The notes below the pieces were generated by a model. It was not told the origin of the DNA, did no database searches, and saw only the letters and a program-made list of their open reading frames with translations. A stretch of DNA of 63,383 bases, counting the filler, from Octopus bimaculoides (lineage: Eukaryota): the NCBI RefSeq assembly GCF_001194135.2. It is 6 parts of 6 records of this genome, joined end to end, with 100 filler letters (N's around TTAATTAATTAA, not from the genome) between each part and the next. Parts side by side here need not be neighbours in the genome. Positions count along the whole stretch, not along the records: positions 12,874 to 24,749 come from NC_068994.1; positions 24,850 to 56,633 come from NC_068981.1; 4 more parts are not named here. One strand, 5' to 3'. Positions 14,151 through 26,879 of the stretch are shown piece by piece. Position 1 is the first letter of the stretch. Every line of letters begins with the position of its first letter. The position numbers were made by a program, and so were the translations under genes.

Positions 14151-15066
14151 TAAGAAAACATGCTTAGGGATGTATTCACTCCTCATCCGTATCATACGTC
14201 CAGTCCAAGGTGGTTCTCCAGTATGGCCGCAGACCAATGGCTGAAATAAATAGCAGATAAAAGATAAAATAAATTTTTAGAAGTCAGGCAATATTCGTGT
14301 ACCACTGCTTCGAAACCTTCAACTTCTCGATTCACCTTATAACTTTTCACTTGTGCCCATAACCATTGTCGCATTTGGTTATGTTATTAAGTTGTTGACG
14401 TTACGAGAATTTATAAACTCTCAAAAGAACGTGAAATATATCTTTTTCAGAAGTACCACAATCCATATTCACGGGCTTATAGCTTTATATGTTTCGAGAT
14501 TCACTGTTCCAAATAAAAATTATATTACTAAATGATTAGAACTTTCTTCTATCTTCTGCCCCTTTTTTTATGAAACTTCGTAAAATGTTGAAGGTAACGT
14601 AATTAATTTGCGTCTTGAGGTATGCTGTGCCAGTGGTTTCAAAGAAGGATGAAATAATTCTATACGTGGTGACCAACGACAAGAATTAAAATTTTAAAAC
14701 TTTATTACATTTTCTGTAAGAAAAAAAAAAGAATTAAGAATTTTTTTTTAAATTAAAAATGGAATATGCATATTCTTCAACTTCGTTTAACCAAGAAAAG
14801 ATTCTCTCTCCTTCGATGCCAAAATCACCACTATGTATTAGAGCTGATGTTTTCATACAAAGAAACAGCTTGCATTCTTAAAATTCGGTATGGAAGCAGA
14901 GCAGTGAAAATTATGTCAGAATTGGTTTTGCTTATTTTTTTAATCCAAAAGTTAATCAGTTACTGTCGTCGTTATCTAAATAGTAAATATGGAGTTTTGG
15001 TTATTTGCTAGAATTTGGTCTATTTTCTAAAGATTATTACCAAAAAAAAAAATCTATAAAAAGTAT

Positions 15067-15450
15067 AGGAGTGGCTGTGTGGTAAGTAACTGGCTTACCA
15101 ACCACATGGTTCCGGGTTCAGTCCCACTGCGTGGCACCTTGGGCAAGTGTCTTCTACTATAGCCTCGGGCCGACCAAAGCCTTGTGAATGGATTTGGTAG
15201 ACGGAAACTGAAAGAAGCCCGTCGTATATATGTATATAAATATATGTGTATGTGTGTCTATGTTTGTCCCCCAACATCGCTTGACAACCGATGCTGGTGT
15301 GTTTATGTCCCCGTCACTTAGCGGTTCGGCAAAAGAGACCGATAGAATAAGTACTAGGCTGACAAAGAATAAGTCCTGGGGTCGATTTGCTCGACTAAAG
15401 GCGGTGCTCCAATATGTCCGCAGTCAAATGACTGAAACAAGTAAAAGAGT
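15067..15450 (+). mobile_element. SINE family A, near full-length tRNA-derived copy
   Basis: A-box TGGCTGTGTGGTAAG, B-box GGTTCAGTCC, CCTTGGGCAAGTGTC body, internal (AT/GT)n, 3' ATGACTGAAACAAGTAAAAGA then (GATA)n. Confidence 0.9.
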
Positions 15451-15463
15451 AGAGAGATAAAAG

Positions 15464-15551
<88 letters not shown>

Positions 15552-15777
15552 TGTATATGCGGGTTCTTCAACTTCGTGTAACCGAGAAAAGATTCTCTTT
15601 CCTTTAATGGCAAATTTACCACCAGGGGCAAACCATGTATTAAAGCTAATGTTTTCATGTAATGAAACAGCTTGCATTGTGAAAATTCAGTATGTAAGTA
15701 GAGCATTGAAAATTATGCTAGAATTGTTTTTGAAATTCAAAGATTAATTCCTTACTGTCGTCGACGAGAGTCTAAGA

Positions 15778-16062
15778 AGTGAATTTGGTAGACGGAAACT
15801 GAAAGAAGCTCGTCGTATATCTCTCTGTGTGTTGTGTGTGTGTGTGTGTGTGTGTGTTTGTCCCCCACCATGGCTTGACAAGCGGTATTGATGCGTTTAT
15901 GTTCTCGTAACTTAGCGGCTTAGCAAAAGTGACTAATAGAATATGTTCCAGGCTAAAAATATATATATATATAACGAGTACTGAGGCCGATTTGTTCGAC
16001 TACAATTCTTCGAGATGATACCCCCAGTATGTCCGCAGTCTAATGACTGAAATAAGTAAAAG
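15778..16062 (+). mobile_element. SINE family A, 5'-truncated
   Basis: Matches the body and tail of 15067-15450. Confidence 0.8.
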
Positions 16063-16064
16063 CT

Positions 16065-16176
<112 letters not shown>

Positions 16177-16199
16177 TTATCCAAAAGCACAGACTAACA

Positions 16200-16663
<464 letters not shown>

Positions 16664-17508
16664 GCAGCTGCCCCAAAATTTCATCAAGTTGTAATCTTGG
16701 TATGTGGTAAGATGTTCTTGCTACAACAATGTACGATGTCGTGTATGAAACGTTCTCTGCCTTTGGGATAAACATTAAATTACTATTAACAATGAGAATA
16801 TTCTCGAACACAAAGAATATTTGAGCGTTAGTGGAACATTCCCATCAGAACTTCTACCAAATACAAACACAACAGGATAAACGAACCAGTTATGAGATTG
16901 CTCGATATTTATTAGAAATAACAATTAAATTCCCTCGAATCACTCCCCGCCATCTTGTATTACAAAAGAAAAGAAAAACGCATCGAAAAGAGTGGTCTTA
17001 GATATGCAAAAAGACACGATAGGCACAGCTGGAATATATTCTTAGGCAGAATAACTTTTCCCGAGCATGTATAATTCACACACAACCCCAAACTTCGATA
17101 TCACACGTGATTCTTGAATTGCACTGGTTCCATGGATGCGGACAGACCTCGAGAGCCTCTCTCAGTGAAGTGAAGTCACTTTTTTATCTTCTAAAAAGAA
17201 AACTCGGGCATCTCTCATTTCAAAACACACTATCGTAACAAATCCGCACTTAAACACACAGGTACTCAACTACAGTCATTCGTGGTCGTTCCAAATGCTG
17301 GAACTTGGTGTCACTGAAAATCGTTCCTATCGAAAGTATATCCATCGTATAGCTAGGACATTATCCTAAACACTGGTCCTTCCTTTCAGAGCCAGAAAAT
17401 ATTTCAATCCCTAATCTTTCCTAAAATTCTACACAGATCAAGTGAGGCCTATAATGGACTGTTACTCCCACACCAGTAATGGCGTTGTTGTAGCGCAAAC
17501 TGACGGCC

Positions 17509-17835
17509 TGGACCACATCTACAGGAAGTGGACCACATCTACAGGAAGTGGACCACATCTACAGGAAGCCCACTCGACTGATCGGCAGAAAATCACTCAC
17601 AGACTTATTGTCTCCTCCCTGCATTTTCTATCGCTTCCATAACGACCTCTGTTCCAGAGAGCAGGTTGATCTTGTACCTCGTCAAACATACTGTTTTCTC
17701 TCTGCCCATTTTATCGCTTCTATAACGACCTCTGTTCCAGAGAGCAGGTTGGTCTTGTGCCTCGTCAAACATACTGTTTCCTCTCCGCCTTTTTATTTTT
17801 CTATCGTTACTATAACAGCCTCTGTTCCAGAGATC
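17509..17835. repeat. Tandem repeats: 20-mer x3 followed by a roughly 85-bp unit x3
   Basis: TGGACCACATCTACAGGAAG x3; units containing ATAACGACCTCTGTTCCAGAGAGCAGG..CTCGTCAAACATACTG. Confidence 0.9.
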
Positions 17836-18409
17836 TGACTAGTTTTGTACCTTTTTGCACAGGCATTTCCGAACGCCTCTTATCTCCTACTTTCGTCGCC
17901 TTTGTTGTATCTAACTCACCAGCCCCCACACTAACTACTATGCCAAGCACTTCCTTCCCAGAGCATCGCCTCCTGGAATTGTCTCCTTTCTCATGTCTTT
18001 CCTGTAAGCGTTGCGACAGAACATTAACGGCGTTAACCTTACCAGTTTTAGATGAAGAACTACCATCCTCTATCCCCAGCGACAAAAAAGAAGATAATCT
18101 TCTAAAGATGAGGTCTTCGTTCCCTTCTCCAAAAAACACAGGACTAACTCACAAGCATTCAACAAATTCAAATTAACAGTCGGAAGAGTGAAAATGTGCG
18201 GGACTTACTTTTAAAGCTTACAAGTTACTCTATCCAGTGATGGATTTTTAGGTTCCAATGAAGGGGCTTCAGTTCTTAGAAACCAACCCAACGAATTATT
18301 ACCAAAAAATAAACAGACAGCATAAATATACATACCTGTATACATGAATACCTACCTGCATACCCACATACATATATGATTAACTATCTTTCTACATACA
18401 TATATGCAC

Positions 18410-18458
<49 letters not shown>

Positions 18459-18772
18459 ATACATACTTGCCTGTATAAATACATATATACACACATAGAC
18501 GAATATCTAACTGCATACATACATACATACATACAGACAGACATACATACATACATACATACATGCATACATACATACATACATGCATACATGCATACGT
18601 ACATGCATACGTACATACATGCCATAAGAGTGCCATAAATCTTATGCGAAATTTTAAAGAATTGTATTAACATAAATCACTTGTCGTCTACGAACTGATC
18701 TATAACTGTTTATGTCAACTACCACCACTGATTGTGGGTGGGTGTATGTGTGAAAGTGTGTGAAAGTGTGCA

Positions 18773-18814
<42 letters not shown>

Positions 18815-19934
18815 NNNNNNNNNNNNNNNNNNNNNNNNNNNNNNNNNNNNNNNNNNNNNNNNNNNNNNNNNNNNNNNNNNNNNNNNNNNNNNNNNNNNNN
18901 NNNNNNNNNNNNNNNNNNNNNNNNNNNNNNNNNNNNNNNNNNNNNNNNNNNNNNNNNNNNNNNNNNNNNNNNNNNNNNNNNNNNNNNNNNNNNNNNNNNN
19001 NNNNNNNNNNNNNNNNNNNNNNNNNNNNNNNNNNNNNNNNNNNNNNNNNNNNNNNNNNNNNNNNNNNNNNNNNNNNNNNNNNNNNNNNNNNNNNNNNNNN
19101 NNNNNNNNNNNNNNNNNNNNNNNNNNNNNNNNNNNNNNNNNNNNNNNNNNNNNNNNNNNNNNNNNNNNNNNNNNNNNNNNNNNNNNNNNNNNNNNNNNNN
19201 NNNNNNNNNNNNNNNNNNNNNNNNNNNNNNNNNNNNNNNNNNNNNNNNNNNNNNNNNNNNNNNNNNNNNNNNNNNNNNNNNNNNNNNNNNNNNNNNNNNN
19301 NNNNNNNNNNNNNNNNNNNNNNNNNNNNNNNNNNNNNNNNNNNNNNNNNNNNNNNNNNNNNNNNNNNNNNNNNNNNNNNNNNNNNNNNNNNNNNNNNNNN
19401 NNNNNNNTATATATATATATATATATATGTAGGTATGTATGTATGTATGCATATGTATATATGTATGTGTGATATGTGAATGTATATTTGCTAACATATA
19501 TACATACATACATACATACATACATACATACATGTATTATATATGCATATTACATATATATGTATATTACATATACGCATGCATGTATGTGTGTATGTAT
19601 GTATGTACGTACGTATGTATGTATGTATGTATGCATGCATATTTACGTATGTATTCTTATATATATACACATATGTGTATGTGGTGGAATGGAATTCAGG
19701 AATAAACATAAATACAAATAAAGAAACTTCATTCTTCAAAACAGAAATATGTACAATACAATTGTTCGGACTGCAAACCTTTTCGACCAACACCGTCTCA
19801 AACAGTCTGGTTCTTGAAGTAACATGGTTTATAAAATTATATAACTCTACACGCACAAAGTGCATGTGTGTTGTGTATGTATCTCACGCGCGAAACTCTT
19901 GGCAATCGAGTCACTTTCGTAATTTTATAACCGT

Positions 19935-19995
19935 TTGTGGTCGAGTGGTTAAGGGTGTTGCACATATGACAGCAAGACCGTGGTTTCGATTTCCA
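19935..19995 (+). pseudogene. tRNA-like A/B-box remnant (SINE head or tRNA pseudogene)
   Basis: GTGGTCGAGTGGTTAAGG ... GGTTTCGATTTCC; no full cloverleaf. Confidence 0.5.
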
Positions 19996-20896
19996 CACGA
20001 ACTTTCGAAGAGACAGGTTGTATTTTGTGTGTTAGGGGTCACCCTGAAAACGAAGAACCTCAAAGAACATTATCGGAATCTCCGGTTTCTTTTTTTTTTT
20101 TTTTTNNNNNNNNNNNNNNNNNNNNNNNNNNNNNNNNNNNNNNNNNNNNNNNNNNNNNNNNNNNNNNNNNNNNNNNNNNNNNNNNNNNNNNNNNNNNNNN
20201 NNNNNNNNNNNNNNNNNNNNNNNNNNNNNNNNNNNNNNNNNNNNNNNNNNNNNNNNNNNNNNNNNNNNNNNNNNNNNNNNNNNNNNNNNNNNNNNNNNNN
20301 NNNNNNNNNNNNNNNNNNNNNNNNNNNNNNNNNNNNNNNNNNNNNNNNNNNNNNNNNNNNNNNNNNNNNNNNNNNNNNNNNNNNNNNNNNNNNNNNNNNN
20401 NNNNNNNNNNNNNNNNNNNNNNNNNNNNNNNNNNNNNNNNNNNNNNNNNNNNNNNNNNNNNNNNNNNNNNNNNNNNNNNNNNNNNNNNNNNNNNNNNNNN
20501 NNNNNNNNNNNNNNNNNNNNNNNNNNNNNAAAAAAAAAAAATTAACAGAGGATGAAAAAATAGATCTTTCGTCACACATTTGTAACCTCTTCAGCGACAC
20601 TTTCCATCCTCGTGTATGCTCCTGCTCCGCTTAATCCATTGTTTATTCGATTTTCTATCATTTATTATATATATATGCATGTATGTATGTATGTATGTAT
20701 GTATGTATGTATGTATGTATGTGTGGGTGTTTTTTCAAAACACTGTCTGGTTTAAAAAGCCACATCAGACGCCATGAAAGGGCTAAGGTGTAGGTGCAGG
20801 AGGTGGTCAAACTCTGTTTAAGGAGTAGACAACCACCATGTGTATATATATATATAGGCAATTATGCGGTTAAACAAATTATGAAATACAAAATTA

Positions 20897-21436
20897 TGAA
20901 ATACAAAATACGTGTATATGTATTCCTACAAAACAAGAGACAGTAAAGAGTGGAGACTTCTAGACGATGAATATTTGAGTATAAATATATAGATATTTAT
21001 ATCAAAAGATCCAACTTACACAGAGTACAAACGACAGAGAAAATTATAGAGAAAGAAGTAAGGTGTAATAAGTCCAACAGCTGTTTCTGTGAGCTCGGAG
21101 ATCCATTGTGATTTTGGTAAATATATTTGTTCACGATATGCAATCCATAATGGAAGCAATCAACATTGAATAAAATGAGCCTCCGTCATCAGCGTCGGAA
21201 AGCAATACATCTACTAAAATTATGATGGATCTCCGACCCCCCGGAAACAGCTGTTGGACTTATAACATGTTACTTCCCTCCCTTTAATTTTCTCTGTTGT
21301 TTGTACTCTGTGTTAAGTTGGATCGACTAATATAAATATCTATATATTTATACTCAAATATTCATCGTCTGAGAGTCTCCACTCTTTGCTTTCTCACGTT
21401 TTGCATGTATACATATATACATATTTTGTATTTTAT
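20897..21436. repeat. Inverted repeat, arms of about 210 bp with a spacer of about 120 bp
   Basis: 20897-21105 is the reverse complement of 21224-21436 (e.g. GACGATGAATATTTGAGTATAAATATATAGATATTTATAT). Confidence 0.93.
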
Positions 21437-21630
21437 ATCCGAACTGTTATATTTAATATATCTAATTTGTTTATCTGCATAATTTGCTCCATATTTGCTC
21501 AACTTGATTCCTCTTACAGCTATTCTTTTATGTTATAGCCGTTCTGTTATATTCAGTTGTAATAACAATCTTACATTAATATAACTTTTGTAGAGTACAT
21601 ATTTATTGTTCATATACAAGAATACAATCG

Positions 21631-21719
21631 AGTGACTTCGAAATTTTGACCAGCTAAGTCATCATCGGACTGCGATGCACTCTGACAATGGTTCAGCTGG
21701 CCGACACTTCGAAGTCACT
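21631..21719. other. 89-nt imperfect hairpin
   Basis: AGTGACTTCGAA/TTCGAAGTCACT perfect 12-bp base; pairing continues with mismatches to a small terminal loop. Confidence 0.8.
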
Positions 21720-21827
21720 GTCAATAATATTCTTGTTAAAGAATAATATAGATATAGATATATTATATACATGTTTGCTTGAAGATAACCTTTTTCCTGC
21801 ACCTCGATCCTTGGATCTCGCATTTCT

Positions 21828-21895
<68 letters not shown>

Positions 21896-22539
21896 NNNNN
21901 NNNNNNNNNNNNNNNNNNNNNNNNNNNNNNNNNNNNNNNNNNNNNNNNNNNNNNNNNNNNNNNNNNNNNNNNNNNNNNNNNNNNNNNNNNNNNNNNNNNN
22001 NNNNNNNNNNNNNNNNNNNNNNNNNNNNNNNNNNNNNNNNNNNNNNNNNNNNNNNNNNNNNNNNNNNNNNNNNNNNNNNNNNNNNNNNNNNNNNNNNNNN
22101 NNNNNNNNNNNNNNNNNNNNNNNNNNNNNNNNNNNNNNNNNNNNNNNNNNNNNNNNNNNNNNNNNNNATATATATATATATATATGTTTGTATGTATGTA
22201 TGTATGTATGTATGTATGCATGCATGTTTATATGTATGTATGTATGCATGCATGTATGTATGTATGTGATTTTATTAATTAATATTTTTAAGCTTCAAGA
22301 CACGTAAGCACAAGGATTGGTTCGGTGGAATTCATTGAGAAATATCTAAGTTCCTAGAGACCTCAAGCATAAATTGTACCAGGAATTGATTAATTCTAAT
22401 TTATATGAAAAGGAGCATTTGACAAACTGAAGAATCACTGAAGCATCATAATTCAATATTGCAGAGATATTATGGAACCATGAAGAACGCATGGCGATTG
22501 AGTCTTTCAACAGATATTAAATTGGCTTTAGATAAAAAG

Positions 22540-23960
22540 GATTTCAAACAAAACAATGCCACTTAAATCAGATATTTGGTCCACACCAATCATCTGTTTC
22601 AGGACGGTGAAGTCGATATCTGTGTCCACTATCGCACAACAGGTAATTTGTTCAGTCTGAACTGCTTCAAAACTAAAACAAAAAACTTTCATAGTTCTAG
22701 CTAACCATTTGTTCTACGCTGACAAATGTAATCTTGTGACACTCGCAGAACAAGATATTCGAAAAATAATGGAGCTCTTCTCCAGTACTTTTACTTCTTT
22801 TGAATTTACAATTAGTCTAAAGAAATCTAAGGTGGTGTTTACGACAGTCAAGATATCCTTCATCCGTGCATCCATCTTTACGGCCCACTATTCCTAGGAT
22901 GTTAGCAGGAGTAGAGTCCTCAGGTACCTCCTTTGTATGGTCCTATCAGAAGCAATCATCATTACACTTTCCTGCTGGATTCCCGAGCGTGACTGACTGA
23001 GACTCCGAATATTATCCAACCATCTCTTGGTCTGCTCCTAGGTCTCCTCTTGGTCTGCTCCTAGGTCTCCTCTTGGTCTGCTTCTAAGTCTCCTCTTGGT
23101 CTGCTCCGAGGTCTCCTCTTGGTCTGCTCCTAGGTCTCCTCTTGGTCTGCTCCTAGGTCTCCTCTTGGTCTGCTTCTAAGTCTCCTCTTGGTCTGCTTCT
23201 AAGTCTCCTCTTGGTCTGCTTCTAAGTCTCCTCTTGGTCTGCTCCTAGGTCTCCTGCTGGTCGACTCAGCTTGAAGAATCCGTCTTGTGATTCTTTCCTG
23301 TGGCATTCTAATCACATGTCTGTAGTTCCAGAGTTGTGTCTTCTCAATGCAGTGAAGCAGCGACTCGACCTTCTGAGACTCCCTAATCTCCAAGCTATGC
23401 ACTCTGTTTCGAATAATTTTACTCCAGAGATCCCTTAGAGGAACTGCATTTCGGCCACTTGTATTCACGATTGTATTCTTTTAGTCATCAACCAACGTTT
23501 ATGACCATAAGTGAGGACAGACACGAAAGCCGGATTAAAGATAGCAAGTTTGGCTTTTTTATCAACCTCTCCTCCTCTGAGGATCGAACGCCGGAGCTGG
23601 TGCACCTACAATACTACATCCAACTCAACTGCACGTAGAACCAAATATAGTTTTCCAAATGACTGCTCTTGGTTTAGTGAGGTTTTTTTTTTGTTTTTTG
23701 TTTTTTACCTTCGCAGTTCTCTCTCCAAGAATGAATTCTTAAGTTCTGAGATCAACTTGAAAATTGAAAAGATTTCAGTTGCGCTTGGAACACTCGAAAA
23801 ATAAATTTCCCAGCAAGCTATTCGTTTAGGACGCTTGTACCATCACTTTCTTGCCATACTCGTCTGAAATATGGATGATATCAAGACCTGAAGAAGATTC
23901 CACCAAAAGTGATTCAGATGTATATTAAACACTTCATCTTCTAGGAGGTTGATTAAAAAA
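22540..23960 (+). mobile_element. RTE (BovB-like) RT fragment interrupted by an antisense insertion
   Basis: YRTTGNLFSL..LFYAD..FTISLKKSKVV (to about 22870), resuming at about 23640 with SLSKNEFLSSEINLKIEKISVALGTL. Confidence 0.75.
22875..23635 (-). mobile_element. RTE-type LINE 3' end with internal 22-23-bp tandem array
   Basis: RHVIRMPQERITRRILQAESTSRRPRSRPR; the unit TCTCCTCTTGGTCTGCT(C/T)CTA(G/A)G repeats about 9-10 times at 23025-23255. Confidence 0.7.
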
Positions 23961-24148
23961 GTACCAGTTAAACACTGGGGTTGATATAATCGACTTACCT
24001 CAACATACCCGAAATTACTGGCCTTGTGCAAAAATTTGAATTTGAAACCATACTATGTCGTTCTCCCGTTCCTGTTCTCTACATTGCAATAGAATAAGGT
24101 TTACTTTTCTATTTTGTTTTTGTTTTTGTTTTATATTTAATGTATTGC

Positions 24149-24366
24149 ATTATTTACTGTACAATGTAAATCACAGATTGAAAGTTCGATTCTTGTTTAA
24201 GTTTAGTTTTCTGTATAGCATTTAAATGATGTATTTTTCTCCGATCACCTGGATTTTTTAATCCGAGTGATTGAAAAAAAACACATCATTTAAATACAAG
24301 GCAGAAAACTAGACTTGAACTAGAATCGAACTTTCAATCTAGGCATTACATTGTACAATAAATAAT
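24149..24366. repeat. Fold-back inverted repeat, arms of about 100 bp
   Basis: AGATTGAAAGTTCGATTCT / AGAATCGAACTTTCAATCT and CATTTAAATGATGT / ACATCATTTAAAT; inner GGATT-TTTT-AATCC loop. Confidence 0.9.
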
Positions 24367-24555
24367 CCTTTCCACTGGAGGCACAAGGCCTCAAATTTGT
24401 TGGATGGGGACTAGTCGATTATATCGACCCCAGTGTTTCACTGGTACTTAATTTACCAACCCCGAAAGGATGAAAGGCAAAGTCGACCCCGGCGGAATTT
24501 GAACTCAGAACGTAACGACCGGCGGCGCTAACGATTCTACCAGCTCGCCGTCTTA
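24367..24555 (-). mobile_element. SINE family B (tRNA head plus Meta-domain-like core)
   Basis: Reverse complement contains GGGTCGACTTTGCCTTTCATCCTTTCGGGGTTGGTAAATTAAGTACCAG; partial tail copies follow to 24749; the Meta-domain name is from recall. Confidence 0.8.
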
Positions 24556-24849
24556 CAGCGTGCAATAAGTAATCCTTTCTATTATATGCACAAGGCCTAA
24601 AATTTTGAGGGGAGGTACCAGTTGATTAGATCAACCCCCCGTACACAATTGGTACTTAATTTATCGACCATGGACACCATGCCTGAATTTTGGGGGTGAA
24701 GAGTCAAGTGGATTACAATGATCCCCAGTGCTCGAAAGGTACTTTTTCTNNNNNNNNNNNNNNNNNNNNNNNNNNNNNNNNNNNNNNNNNNNNTTAATTA
24801 ATTAANNNNNNNNNNNNNNNNNNNNNNNNNNNNNNNNNNNNNNNNNNNN

Positions 24850-25157
24850 GCCTAGTACTTATTCTATTGGTCTCTTTTGCTGAACCGCTAAGTTACGGGG
24901 ACGTAAACACACCAGCATCAGTTGTCAAGCGATGTTGGGGGGACAAACACAGACACAAACATATACACACACATACATATATATATACATATATACAACG
25001 GGCTTCTTTCAGTTTTTTGTCTACCAAATCCACTCACAAGGCTTTGGTCGGCCCGAGGTTATAGTAGAAGACACTTGCCCAAGGTGCCACGCAGTGGGAA
25101 TGAACCCAAAATCATGTGGTTGGTAAGCAAGCTACTTACCACACAGCCACTACTGTG

Positions 25158-25160
<3 letters not shown>
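24850..25160 (-). mobile_element. SINE family A
   Basis: Reverse complement of the family A head and body. Confidence 0.9.
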
Positions 25161-25195
<35 letters not shown>

Positions 25196-25559
25196 CTCTT
25201 CTCCACCATTCCCATCTCAGACTTTTTCCTCATGCAGTTGTGAAACCTCCATTCACTCACACTTCTCATTTCTCTTGTTCCCACTTGCATGACTTTTGTC
25301 AGCCTAATCTATTGAAAGGAACACAGTGGGACTGAACTTGAAACCATGTGTTTGTGAAGTGAGCTTGTTAATCATACTGCTGGCTGTGCTTCGACCTATT
25401 TATGTATACATATATATTCTCACATGCACACACACACACACACACGTATGTGTGTATGCGTTTATATTTAGCTCTCAGATAATTGTCTCACATGAACTGC
25501 CAGTTTGTTCTATCTTTTCTTCCGTCTTATCACATGCATCAGTTAATACCACTTTGAAT

Positions 25560-26375
25560 CTATGACCAGCAGAGATTTCCAGTTCTTTCCTTTCCCACTC
25601 AATTTCTGTCTCTATGTCAGAATAGCTCATATTTTGAAGTCACTAACCACTAATCTGCATTTGGTAATACATTCTTCACCTGGGAAGGATTTGGAATTTA
25701 TAATCATCTGCCAATCTCGCTTCTTGGGGAGAATAAAATCTATCTGGCATGTGTGCTCTCCTTGTTGGTATTTGGAGTAGGAGTTTTTCTAAAGTTTGTG
25801 CTGTAGATTAGGAGATCATTTACTATACAGAACTCTAAGTGTCTCAATCCTTGCTCATTTCTTTCACAGTATCCCAAGCCAACACACACTTCAGAGAAGC
25901 TATCAAAGTATTGTCCAACAAGGCCATTTAAATTGAAAGCTATGATAATGGAGCTACTGTCATCTGTTATTGGAGTAGTTTACAGAAGAATATCATAAAA
26001 ACAGTCCTTCTGTTCAATCACAAGTTCTGAATGTGATGTACATGTGGAAATAATTATCACTGGAGTTTTGTCTACGACGAGTCTAAAATTAAAAATTCTG
26101 TTAGATGATCTGATTACCTCAATTATCTTACGTAACCTTTTTTCTACGAAGAGAATGCGATTCCACTCTTTCCAGTTCTCTTACTAACCCAGCAGAATTT
26201 GTACACCTGTTTCAATCTGGTTGAGGATTCTGTTCACCTTAGCTCTTGCACACAGCAAATATCCACTCTACAATACTTTTACATTTTCTACTAGCTCACC
26301 AGACCTATCTACATAGTGCCAATGTTAGAAGTAGCCAACCTAAAGTTTTGAGTCGAAGTGGGGTTTCTGATGTGC
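25560..26375 (-). mobile_element. RTE LINE APE-endonuclease fragment
   Basis: LATSNIGTM..RSGELVE..KIIEVIRSS..EQKDCFYDILL..NLNGLVG, in broken frames. Confidence 0.65.
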
Positions 26376-26395
26376 AGTTCCTCATGCTTCTCATA

Positions 26396-26456
<61 letters not shown>

Positions 26457-26879
26457 GTGTGTGTATGTATGTATGTATGTATGTATGTATGTATGTGTGT
26501 GTGTGTGCGTGTGTGTAACTTTTGATGTACATTTTTCTTGCTTATAAAAAAGAAACATTTTACAATTGTTACTATACTACAGGTATTTACTTTTTATTGA
26601 ATTATTAACAGCTAAGCATAACTATGTTGTATTTCAATAGTTAAGTGTTTCATACAATATTGACTAATTAAGCTATATATCTAACATACATTTTATTGAT
26701 GTTTAAGTCTTTGATAAATATTTGATAGTTGGAATATCTGGCAATTATGCATAGTATTTAAATGCAAGACCTTGTATTTAGCAACGCAATTCTCAGTTGT
26801 GACTTTAAAGCTTAGTTACAAACTGTTCATTTAACTAATCTATAATCAATCAGAAGAGTTTTAAGAATGCCTTCAACAA

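Noticed and set aside
17509-17835. Short direct repeats as a possible CRISPR array (also 8265-8335, 23025-23255)
   Set aside because: Head-to-tail tandem units without unique spacers, no cas genes, eukaryotic context
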